Assembly (NCBI GenBank): GCA_002633005.1
Contig: NMRA01000108.1
Coordinates: forward strand, 885,855 to 949,854
Direction: 5' to 3'
DNA from: Phoronis australis
Taxonomy: Eukaryota > Animalia > Phoronida
DNA: 64,000 nucleotides
The position numbers were made by a program, and so were the translations under genes. Shown in pieces: positions 51,804-64,000 of this stretch. The notes beneath the pieces were generated by a model. The model worked only from the letters and a program-made list of their open reading frames with translations, did no database searches and was not told the origin of the DNA. How positions within the stretch are numbered: position 1 is the stretch's first letter; the number at the start of each line of letters is the position of its first letter.

Positions 51804-51910
51804 CACTGCTTCCCATCATAGGGGCCACCAACACACAAACACTGCTTCCCATCATGGGGCCCACCAACACACCAACACTGCTTCCCACATGGGGCCCACT
51901 AACACACCAC
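51804..51910. repeat. Minisatellite, 36-bp unit, 3 copies (third has a 1-nt deletion)
   Basis: Seen: cactgcttcccatcatggggcccaccaacacaccaa-like units at 51804, 51840 and 51876. Confidence 0.92.
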
Positions 51911-54609
51911 CATGAAATAACACCTATTAGTGTCACAGAATAAATGCTTCCATGAAATACCTGATCTAGCTTGTTCAAAACAACATGCCCGCTCGCTCGG
52001 AACACCATCAAATCATCCACAGCAAAAATTTGTTGTGTTCCTGACATGTGTATTCCTCCTAGGTCAAAACATTCTGGCACAATTCCATTCATAAAATCTG
52101 GCTCAGGGATCTGACAAGAGATCAAATTCACCCAGTCATTATGCCACTAATTTGTTTACCATGTGTATTGGCCTAGTAATGGGCATACAAAGGGAATCAC
52201 AAGGGGACATTCCACCAACCTGTCAGCCATTAATTCTGTAGAAATAGGTCAATGTTGTCAGGGGTGCATGTCTGGAGAGATTAACATATGCAAAATAAGA
52301 TTTTGGTAGCCAAGGTTTACCCATTTCCAAAGCCAGGAAGGAAACAGGTAACAAAACAAGAATCATCCACCCCTAATGCAACCAAAACCCAATTCATTGG
52401 AGATAGGGATACGGGATTTTGTCTGGTGGGTGACAAGCAACAAACATAGGGTGAAGTGTTTTCGCTACATGTATTCAAAAATCGTCCTGTACTATGTTTG
52501 AAATATTTTGCACCGTATTTATAAATCCTGCGCCATGTTTGAAAAGCTCTGAGCCATATTTAAATTCTTGAGCGATGTTTAAAAAGCCAGATAGTTTTTT
52601 CTGCTTTTAAGCCAAATTATTGAATCTGTGTTCCATTGTGGTACATGTTTCATAAAAATGATAGCGGCAAACCTCGCAAGTGAAAATAATGAGTAACTGC
52701 AGTTGTTTTAAGATATAACATAATCAAAGATTACTACAACAGGAACACCACATACTGTTTACACCTTGTTTGAATTTTTGGGGTGCTTGAAATTCATCGG
52801 TGTCCAGGCACCCTCCATACCCTCTGGATCCACACCAACATTACCCTTGTACAACTTGAGGATGTACTGCCAGTGTTCTCCACAACCCATTTTTACTCTT
52901 CTCTGTGTCGAGTTTGGCTTTCTTGCGTCGACTTTGAAAGCCTATGCAACAAGTTTGCAGTATTGGTAGATCGGTCATTTCTTAAGCAAATTTGGACATT
53001 TTGGATTTTTGGTGCCAGGTCAGTGATTTTATTCCCAGAGTTAACACAATATGGGCATGGACTTTCGAACATGTACATGAATTTTGTAATTACTGTCGAG
53101 TTTGAATTTTCTGTTGTGGAGACCACTGGTTTCTGAATTAACCGCTAGTGTATTCAGTTAAATTGATCCTTGCTTGCTGTACTGTACATGTCAGGGTTAC
53201 GGTGCCCACCCCAAAATCCCAACAGTTTCACTGCTGAACGCCTATGCTCGGTTTCAGGTGACAAGCGCGAACGTCTCTGTGAACTCCCATCTCACGAGAA
53301 TTTTACACGGCATGTTTGAATAATGAACAGACAGTTCTAACGGCACCTTACCATATTTGGGCGGGAAAATATTCACACTTTACTGGGAGATGCGAAGTGG
53401 TTTTTTTCACTCCTTCGCATTCCAGTATTAACTTTCTTGAAAAAAAATTGTTATAAGCATTCGCAGGAGCAAATAGACTATTCGGTATGAATACCTATTT
53501 CCACTTCTCAAAAATTTCAATTTTAATTAAATATCCACGCTTGGCTTAAGCCCAGATTTGCCCAGTGCGCTTGACTGCAGGAACTGAGCCAGAATTATAG
53601 GCTTGCTGAATATAAACTTCAACATAATTGAAACTAATTATTATCATGTTAAAAATACTAATGCTAACTATACAAAGATAATCGCATTTCCTTGAAGACA
53701 GGAAATCTTGCGGCGAACACTTCATGAAAATTTCTAAGGGCCATTAATACAAAAATAGCTAAAAAATCATTATACACATCTACTACAAGTACCAAAAACA
53801 GACACAGAGATAATTTTGTTCCACAAAATCCTAGTTAAAACCAAGTATAAAAGAGTTCAGTTCCAAGCAAACACAGCACAAGTCACAGGCTACAGCACTA
53901 CAACAAATAACATAGGGTATCTTCACCAAAACAATAGTAAATTTATAGATAACATAAGAGTCTTTTATTCCACGTCTTCACTCACAAATCTGACCACGTG
54001 CAACAAAATTGGTCTTCATTTCCGGCTTTTATAGCTTTTGTGCAGCACTTTCTAACGGTACAGTGAGTAAAGTCTGCTGTTTCTTGACGTCTCTTCACTC
54101 AGAAATCAATAGCTTCCCGCCTAATCCCTGATAATTACCGTGTATTTGCAGGAGAGCTACATATTAACTTGCCACGCATACACAAACTGTCCAAGCATTA
54201 GTTATCATAGCGGTAACTAGTCAACCGCAGACCGCAGACTATGCCTGAACCACAGGTGAGGTAGAGCAAGAATTAAAAGCATGTCGACACGGCTAGCAAA
54301 CAAGAAAGGACTGTCCAATACCTGGGAGGAGTGAATTGACAGGCAGACGGCATCCACGCTTTTAGTTACAGTTTTGTAGTATAATGTATCTAGTAAATTA
54401 TCGCTTGTTGAAATATGCTTGTCACACTTTGTAGTCAAAGTTTTGTAATGAAACAAATTTGTTGAATTATCAATCAAATGAAAACTTATGGCATAGGAAA
54501 CTGAACTGGAATAGTTTCAAAATCATAATGGCGTGAAGTTTTCCTACGTCCCCAGTGTTATTTACAAGCAAAAGTACAAAAACAACACAGAATAATCATT
54601 TGCAATTTT

Positions 54610-54642
54610 CAAATACAAATACAAATACAAATACAAATACAA
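54610..54642. repeat. (CAAATA)n microsatellite, about 5 copies
   Basis: Seen directly. Confidence 0.9.
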
Positions 54643-57227
54643 TGCCTGCAGAAACTGTCAACTGCTTCTAACACGTGACATTTCTCACCGAGCATCAGAA
54701 GTTAATATTAAAACGATAAGAACATATTTATATAAAAAACATTTTGCAACATTGGAATTGTCTAAAAGCAGTTCTCTTAATATATCGTTTGCGGGACACA
54801 AGGAAAAGGGGGGATTTTTAACCCCCTTTGCTTGACATCATGGTACTAACCTGCTGCTGCACAGTGGAGTTCTTTTGATTTTCCAGGTGCAAGGCGATAC
54901 ACCTTAGGTGAGGACGTTCAAGGAAACCTGCAAGTGGCCTTTCCTGTCCCATTTTGTCAAAACTGATTTTAGGGAAGAACATTCTAAAGGTTCATTCACC
55001 ACCTCCACGACAGCACAGCACATTTCTTCTAAAAATACGACCAACCTAACCACCATGAATGCCAGATATGATTCTAACACACAAAAAATGAGTCGAGGAA
55101 TGTTTAAACATTAAAATGCTGAAGAGATCAACTCATAACAGCTGATAGTTCAATCTTGTAAATGTCAGCAGACGGTGGAACGAACGGGATGAATGGCTCA
55201 ATGGATCGACTAACAACACAGAATTATGTTGGAAAACAGAAATACTTGACCATCCAGAAATCACCAGTATTGATAGCAGGTGATGGCGAGCGAGACATGC
55301 TGGTATCACAGAAAATTGCAGGTAACTAGTTTTTATGCCTGTGCCCACATAAATGTTCATCAGATGAGAGGGAAGGGGGAAAGTTAACAAAATGCATCAA
55401 TTTCACCTTCCTCAAACACACTAGGGCTTGCAATAAACAGCACACATCACAGCTGAGAATGACCATCCAGCATAAAAGGATGTAGTAATCACAAATGAAA
55501 AGAACTGAAAAATGTATGAATTTCAAGTTATATCGACTTCTTCCTCAGACCATGGAAACCTTTACTCCCAGAAGTCAGGTTCATGCACAATGACTTCGGA
55601 CTGAGACAGAAATTTGGTCTTAAGTAAGTTCCACTTCACTAGTTGCATTGTCATGTAATTATTAGCGCACTTGGAATAATTTCTACAAATTTTTCTCAGT
55701 ATGTACCAATTGTGGATATATTCTCAGATACTTTCTTCGTTTGCTTAAGTGATTTTACCTATCTTTCAGAAATAGTTTATTTGTCACTGGGCGTAACACC
55801 AAATTTCTTTCTTTTATTTCTCAAGTCACTTTGCATGAAACTGAACCAAGAGGACTGAACGACAGCCCTGAAACAAGAACCGGGATTTTCTGTAGTCAAG
55901 TACAACACGATGAAACACCAATGGGCGATTAGTCGGAAAATTATGCCCATGTGCGTTTATTTGGTGTTATAACTTCTAGTGTCAAGTGTCCAGATAGTGG
56001 AGCGTTTTTTATTTGGAAAATTTCCTCTTAAAAGCCCACTCGGCATCAACTTTTAGTCACAAATTCAGTTTTGTGGAGCATTTATCATTTATAAAAACAA
56101 AGTGCTGGCGAACCCAGAAGGGTTGTTTCACTTACAAAAATACATATTGCACTTTATGCTAGCATTTGCCTCGCCAAAACTATGACTTTCCGTTTACACG
56201 CACCCTTTTCCGAATAAACACGTGGCGTTTATTTGGTGTTACTAAAACACCTGAAAATTTTCATTTTCTGATTACACCCCATGGGCTTATCTACGGATAA
56301 TCCCCCGGTAGCGATTTTAAGCAGACAAACCTGGCAAATGTTAAGAGCTATTGCCAAATTTACAAGTTCAAACATTTCATTAAAAGTTAAATGTAATGTT
56401 AAACCCTTCCTAAGACACTCACCGTCTTAATTTCATCAACAATCAACACAGCTGTCACCTCACAGGATGCGGGGAAAACACACACCTCTTGCTCAAATTG
56501 TTACTATGAAAGTATGGAGCGCAAACAAAATGAATATTTTATATCTGTCTAATGGATAACACGCTCAATCGCCATATGAACAACTATTGGGGCACAGGTT
56601 TCTAAATTACCGTCTGCAGGGAGATGTTGCGCCATACAACAATGGGAAAAAATTGATCGCGTTAATTAAAACTATACAAGCGAAACGCATACGGGAATGG
56701 AGCAGGTGTGTGTCTGTGAGTTTGTCAACAGAAGTAGTCTAGATTAAGAAGGAAGGTTGGTAATTTACAAAAGAAAACCCAAGTTTAAAGCCTGAAGTTG
56801 ACGGTACACCTTGTGGGAATGTCCTCAAAATATTGTTTGACGGTAGCAGAGGGATAGAGCTAAAAATGGTGGGGAATTTAGTTGGTGCTACTTACTTTTT
56901 ATAAAAATAATAAAAATTAAATTTTACTAATTAGGTACATTGTAGGAGACACTTTACTCTAATTCTTCAGATATTTTCAGGGCTAAAATTATAATTGATA
57001 TTTAAACCTTCTATGAATAACAAAAAATACTGATGAACTGCGCGGACGAGCAAAATCCATCTTACTGCCTGCAACACATTCAGTTTTGCAAGATATTGAA
57101 AAAATATTTGCAGGCAGTCTAGTCCATCAAGTAACAGACGTGCGCAGGCCGTTCAGGAGGGCTCTCTGCACTGATCACCTGGAACCATCTTTATGCTTTA
57201 TCAATATACAACTGTATAGTTTAAACT

Positions 57228-57348
57228 GAGCTGAGGAACTAGAAACCTGACTCAAAGGACTAGCGGTGTCGGTGCCCCCGTGCGACTCGTACCTACAACT
57301 CTGAGTAAAAGCGTGGCCACTTATCTCACTAGGCCCCACTGGCTCCTC
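57228..57348 (-). mobile_element. tRNA-derived SINE remnant, same family as 42046-42160
   Basis: Seen on minus: gaggagccagtggggcctagtgaga...ggtacgagtcgcac...cctttgagtcaggtttctagttcct, collinear with the 42046 copy. Confidence 0.65.
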
Positions 57349-59998
57349 AAACATGTTTTTTAATTTAGAACAGGTATCATAACTGGGCTGATGGGGTTGA
57401 TGCAGGCCTTCAGCTGTAATTCAACCACTAACTCTTGAAGCATTAACTAGAAAAACACAATGAATAAAAATGGATCAAACTGTGCCGAGAGCTATTTCTA
57501 CTCAGCAAGCAGTGTTGAGATAAATAACATCTGATTGAAAAATATACCGAGCATTCGAGCAAATTATTGTGCAGGAAATGAGAAATAATTTTTATACATG
57601 AACTAAATCTTCTGGAGTTCGTGACATGCCAGAAATATTTTTGTTACTAAAGTGACATTACGAACGAGAAAATTGATTTTCTGAACTTGGCCCACGCACC
57701 GATTCGAATCGAGAACCTTGAGATATGCAGCCAATGAGCTATGACTGTATTTCAAGCGTGTTGAAACGGTAAAATCACCGACCTTGATTTCAGCACGTCT
57801 GGCAGACATTGGCAACAACTGGTGGTTTGTCATAAAATCACAAAAACCATGGATTTTATTTTATCATAGCTCTGTTCAAAGCTAATAACATCAAGAAGTT
57901 TACGCATCCGACAATAATCCCAAAAATAAAATTTTAGGCCCTAAAACCCAATAATATCTCTTTAAGATTACAGGTAAACAAAAATTCCGAACTGCAAAAG
58001 ATTAGTTCTACTTGAGCTTACACTTCACAAAAGAAGTAAGAAAAGCAGTTTTTCTCAGATTTACTTATTCTGCGGCTACATGATAAGCTTACAACTGCAG
58101 AAAATTGCACAATTGCATAGGCACGTCAAATAATCTGGCAGTACTGTGCTCACACCCATTCTGAATATTCAGCCAGGTTACAAAAGCCTCTAGATGCACT
58201 CTAGGTGACACAGAGAATTGAATGCATTAGAAAGTCAAACAAGTGGAGCATAATGTGCTTCATAGGTCTGTACTCCCATCACAAGAAACCAATGAAACTG
58301 AAAATGACCTTTGCTCTTGCAATGGTAGAACCAGATACTCCATTGAATTTTTATTATTCAATCATTGAAATCAACTCATTTTTTGAAAACTTCTCACATT
58401 CTTCAATAAAAAATCAAAAACTGCACTTCGTCAGGCTAAGCTGGTTAAAAGGAAAATTGAATTATTCTCATAAAAACTGATCTCAAACATTGCCCTTACT
58501 ATTACAGAACTTGTTCTCTGTTACCAAAAAGAACATGCAAACTCCCAACAGGTAAAGAAACATGTCAAAAAATTGGTGATTTTATTGGGGTTCACCAACC
58601 CTGACATTTGAATATGGCACGAAAGGACTTCCATTCGAAAACAGATCAGTCATGTAACAAAACAATGACCAATTCGCTGTTCGTTTTGACTCTTCAATTA
58701 AAACTTGAAATATGTTTAAATTGAAAGTTAAATAGGGCGAAATCCAGCTTGAACAGGACAAAATGCGGTTTTCAAAAACTCTACCAAAGCAAGTGGCTTT
58801 AAACACTCTATCAAAATATTCAAGCTAAACAGAACTTTATACAGTTTTTTGAATGGTCATATTTCCTCATTACCTCGTGGGCATTACACAGCAATAAGAA
58901 TTCCCATATTTATCAACTTCAAAAATCTGATGTTAACTACAAATTCAAATTATATTACTCTTAGTTTTGGATAACGTAAAATTCTTCAGGAGCGTTCTAA
59001 GCAGGAACACCTCTAAAACAGATCAGCACAAATTTAGGAAAATCCTTCAAAGAGCCAGGTGAATTCTCTAGCCTCTCTTACCTTTCAACACCAGTGCGCC
59101 AATGACCTTAACCTTGGTTGTACCGCATAGATCAAACATTTGTCTGACGAGGATATCTCAGTGGTTAAAAGTGCAATGACATTTAACAGCGAACGCATGC
59201 CTGCCCAAGAAGGTCAACCGCACCTCACCACAGGCAACAATTGCTGACCATATTCACTACAACTGCATCCTGCAAGAGCATATCTAAGGCCATCTACCTA
59301 AACTAACATGATTTTTCAACTTTGACAACACTTTAAAGATTATTTTTGTTGAAAATAGTACTTGCACCTGTCAAATTTACATTTCCTAAACACACTTGTA
59401 GTGTATGCTCAGAGGGCGGGACCTAATTTGTCGGTGTGTTTAAGGTTATACAGGGCCAAAGAAAAATTCCAAATTTAGCTTATCTTGGAACATCATTGTC
59501 TCATAAAAGCATTATGGGATTGACAGGAAATTTTCAAAAACCGAGCTTTTTTCGGTGCTCTCTAAAATGACGTGAGGAATAGCTTTTGAAATGTCCCACA
59601 ATTGCATGAGGGGCTATCATAAAATAGGACTTTTTTATCTTTATCAAAAATTCATAACTAGTATTACACAAGAACAATATGAAAGTTTAAAAAACTGTAA
59701 CACTTACGTGATTTAATCTTGAGCATTAGAAATGAAATTCGGTCATGTTTTCAATACATAAGAGTTAAAATCTATGGAGTGCTTTTCTAGATAGTAACTA
59801 AATACAAAGACACAGGACAACACACATAAAATAAGGTGCTTGTATCATTGAAATTTGCCCCACAACTGAGAAACAAGACAGATGATTCTCATTTCTTTTG
59901 TTTTAATTGAATCATTACAACTTACAGAATTAGTGTCTAGTGCAATCTACAACATCTGTGGCTATAACTTGGTTGTATTAAATAATGTTGTATTTAAC

Positions 59999-60088
59999 TA
60001 TACATCTATATATGTATGTGTAAGTGTGTATATACATTTGTATATGTGAATGTATAGGTGTATACTGTATGTATATGTATGCATATGC
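59999..60088. repeat. Degenerate (TA/TG)n low-complexity tract
   Basis: Seen: tatatatgtatgtgtaagtgtgtatatac... alternating purine/pyrimidine run. Confidence 0.8.
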
Positions 60089-63000
60089 AGTAAATTTCTA
60101 TTTATTTTGCACAAAAATAACTACCAGAACTGTCACTTTCCATTTCTTAAAGTCTTACTCCTTTACTTAAGCACAATACAAACCATGCTGCTAGTAGGAG
60201 ACTAAAATGTTCTTGATCTTTATTTTGTTGAAAAAATTGACAAAATAGAATGTCATTGTCCGCCATATTGGTGCTAAACAAATGAAGAACTAGCATGTAT
60301 CCACTGTACCTGTCAACCCTACAGATGATTTTACCTTTACTGATATTGCGTTGGGTACTTAAGTATTGCAATGGTCAGACTGAATTTTCAATACGCAGCA
60401 GCACCCCCACTCATCATTTGGAATAGAAACCACCGATAAATTTGCCGACTGTAAAAAAAAAATTTGGAAGTTACACTGAACGCACTGAATCGTTCACGCT
60501 GTGAGCGAGGTTAGATATTCAGCGTGGGTTGAGTAATGTATCGGTCAATGACGCGCAAAGAGTGATAATAACAGTGGCGTGTTCACCAAAGTGTAAGATT
60601 CACAGAAAAACATTATCCAACCAATTCTGCATGCTTAATTTTCGTGCTCTATTGCAGACCACGCCTGATCAACAGTTGGAACACATTTAAGGTGCACCTC
60701 CTGATATCTAACATCAAACAGAAGGCCACAATGAAATTGTTCATGTGGTCAAATTGTGGGCAAATTGCTTTAATCAGGCATAATGCATACAGGTGTAAAC
60801 AAACCTACACAGCTTTTGTATATGAAAAAACATATGGTGGTCCACAGTCGAAATTTTTCTATATTTAGAAAGCTTGAATAGGTACCCTAAGTAATCCAAA
60901 ACATAAGTACTAGAGCTTGGGCATAGCACTTAACAGGTGCAATGGGATTTTGGTTTTGATACAGGACAAAAGGCCTTACACCACATGGTGAATGCAGGTT
61001 TGGCTCACAGGCGAAGACTGGAAGGGGTAAACTTTCAATTTTCAATACCCCACTCTGCCCTTATCCTAAAGGTTACCACCAACTGAGCCTGCCACCAAAA
61101 CTATGGACAGTGATCCAACTGTACAGACAGGGATGGAACATTTTGACGAAATTCATACACCTGAAATTATGTAAATTTCACCATTCTGACTCACCTCAAG
61201 AAGCCATTAACCAAACCTAGTGTGGTCCCTCATAGGTCAAAATCAGTATCAGATATGTAACCTTGTTTCTGCCCAAGAGGTGTTCGTAAATCCCAGTAAC
61301 TTTTCAAGATCAAGGCCAAACTTCACAGGTAAACCTCTCGCATGCACACACTGAATCTTTCAGGTAAATTCTCCCTGAAACCTGTCCAACTTGGTCATGA
61401 CCAAAGGCGTTACTCCTATTTAGTTACCTCTGCTATGATTGACATGTCATGCAAACTGCCAAGTTAAGTGGAGGAACACCCATCAGCATGGGCAGTTGAC
61501 ACATATTGCAGTAATTGCTAGGTAACCCTATTACCATCCAAGTTATCGCAAGTAGCACAAAAAAAGACCAGTCACTACTCGTTATTAATGACACCAGAGA
61601 CCCCTGTGAGGATAACTTCTACGGACACAACTGTAACAAAAAGTCCACGCTTCGCTGTTATATTCAAGCATCGAAGCATCAATGTTAAACAGGAAAACGC
61701 AACAAAAATTTCATATAAAATAGCCCAAGACACATCCCTTAGGTCCCTTCGCCCTCCAATGCACACACCAAAACAAACCATGGTGCACCCAACCCACACC
61801 CACTACCTGAGGCACACCTTTACACTGTACTTCACACCCAACCAACAGGTACATGCACTTGAACTGCATAACAATAAGTGGAGCCTCAGACAAGAGGTCG
61901 AGACTGATCAAGTGTTGACTAGCTCTGCACATCTAACACTTCACAGAGATGGACAGCAGTTAGCAAGTGACATTATCCTACATGTAATAGGACTGCACTT
62001 TGCGTCAGTGTAACTGTAGAATTTGATGACACCAGCTTTTTCTGACACACCTAAAAGTGGTTTCTCGAAGAGCCTACAGCCAAAAGCTGGGGCGTTTTTT
62101 GGCTATTGACTTGCTTTTAGTCTGCTCCCAAGCAGGCTACAATTTTTTGTCTTTCAGCTTCGAATTATAATCAGAATTTCTGACTTTTAGCCCCAAGACA
62201 AAAGTCACCAGGCCGGGCCCATTGTAATGATCGCAGGATTATTACTCACAGGAATCTTTCATTACAGGTTCCTCATGGGTAAAGTCCTCCAACCTACCTT
62301 TTTCTCGAAAAGTTGTAGAGGCCAAATGATCACGTATTTCATGTGATCTGTGGCAAAAAGTCTTTTATGTCAACAAAAACAATGAGAAATGTGCGGTTAA
62401 CTTGTTGGCAAACAATGGTCTTCTCTCTACAAATGCATGCATTCAGGAAGTCACAAAGTAAACCTTATCCACAAAATTTCGAAACAGAGGCGCGGGCACT
62501 TTACCACATAAGAGGAACTAGTACATTTCTATTTTATTACCTTTATCTCTTTCACGCCAATTTTTATTCTAATATCACAACTAAAGCAAAAAATGGAATG
62601 TTACAGGGTAACTTTGTAAACACACATTAACCGGTTTTTCACTCACATCAGACACTTGCTAAAAAATTAGAGGGTGGAGCATAAAGCCGATCATGGTTGT
62701 TTAAAAACATGTTTTTCAGAAGTCAGTTGTGGGAACTGATCAGCTGAAACTACCACACTGACTATTCATTACTCGAAGCTAAGCGACTTTAGCACGTTTC
62801 TGGGTTTCAAAATTTGCATGAGACTGCTGTTTAGAAAGACACAGCCACTTTCAAGGAAGTCTCGACAGCATAAATTAGGGTGGACATTAAGTCGATCATG
62901 GGTGTTGCAAATTTGCAGGCGTTAACCCAGTTGGCTACAACACTTCTTCAAATGCTCGATACAAATGAAAGGTGCTTAGTTAAACGTAAGCTCATTATCC

Positions 63001-64000
63001 GTTTCAAAGCAGACTTTTTCCGATCAATACCAAATCAACAACTGATAGGATTACAAAAGTTGCAATCTCATTTACATCTGCTGGAAAACCTTATTACGAG
63101 ATTAGGTTTTACTTAAACCATGAAACTAGTTTCAAGAGTTAATGGCCAATTGCATAGGTTCTCACCACCAGGTGGCACTCATGAAGAAAGGTTCCTTTTT
63201 ACCATCTGAATACAGGTAGACTGAGACTACACAGCAAAACGGTTACAAAATTTTCAATTTAGCACATTGCTAAAATTGTTATGTTTTTATTTTTCAGATG
63301 CTTACCATGTCGTTGTAAATGCTCAAAATTTTACCAAATATTTGGAAATAGCTATGCCATACATAATCATGCTATACGCAAAGTAAAGTTTCCTGAGAAG
63401 TCATTTTTGTTGAGAAATTTGGATAAATGAAGTTTCACCTGTCCGCCATATTGTGTACCAAACTGAAAAATTTTTACCATCGGAAAGAGGGCACTGTGAA
63501 TTCATGTATTTGTCTATTTTGTAAATTTTCCTAGCTAAGCATCTTATTCAGTATATTCATCCCACTTCAAAGAATAGTTTTGCAGAATCGCTCAGATTTA
63601 TCAACCTTTTCAAAAGCATCAAAACGAATGCCAGGAAAAAATATTCTATAAAGAAAGGTAAATCAACATTTTGGCGGTACTCTTTATGAAAGGGCGTGTG
63701 GTAAGAGGATACAGCTGACATACCATTCTAAATCACTTAAAATTTCGGTAAAAAACTTGTAGAAGGAGACGAAAATTAATACATTGAAAGCCTTTTAGGG
63801 GAAAGAATGTCTCCAAAAACAATAAGTTTTGTGCACCTTTGATGTGTAAATAATTCGAGACAATCCCTTATTTAATTCCAGAACCACAGCAATATTAGCC
63901 TTTAGACGCGACAGTAATCAAGACACACTAGCTCCCCCTGTCCCGTCTTACATTCACCAGAAAACCCGCTCATCCCCACCCCCCCCCGGTTCATTTATGG

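Noticed and set aside
52452-53725. TIR pair (tgaagtgtt...cgc) bounding a 1.3-kb element
   Set aside because: The match is only about 10-12 bp and there is no TSD.
1-64000. A prokaryote-type novel system (defence island, CRISPR, operon, retron)
   Set aside because: Coding density is very low, there is a single long ORF bounded by GT-AG splice signals, and the repeats are of eukaryotic type. Nothing supports it.

Overview
This window is AT-rich, CpG-poor, intron-like eukaryotic DNA. It looks like an invertebrate animal; a marine deuterostome is my impression only. It is not prokaryotic: I see no operons, rRNA genes, intact tRNA genes, CRISPR arrays or intact transposase/RT genes, and nearly all short ORFs in the track look like chance ORFs. 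The best reading is the 5' part of one large minus-strand gene. A start-codon exon (37461-37384, MSDEEEV...LQQAQ), a 1908-nt phase 0-0 exon for a Ser/Pro-rich disordered region (21492-19585) and a 40-nt phase 0-1 exon (10343-10304) join in frame. Candidate alternative first exons (15673-15590, 4469-4280) have matching phases, and there is a candidate alternative exon at 33246-32824 and a candidate non-coding 5'UTR exon at 51691-51527. No conserved domain is visible, so the gene is not named; it presumably continues to the left of position 1. The introns hold MITE/foldback elements, tRNA-derived SINE heads, a LINE-like 3' tail, dispersed repeats and minisatellites. The most unusual feature is a 59-bp minisatellite whose units each copy the 3' splice site of the start-codon exon; the three full units also carry an ATG-stop mini-uORF. 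All exon calls are by eye from splice signals and frame compatibility and need RNA evidence. I found no convincing novel multi-gene system.
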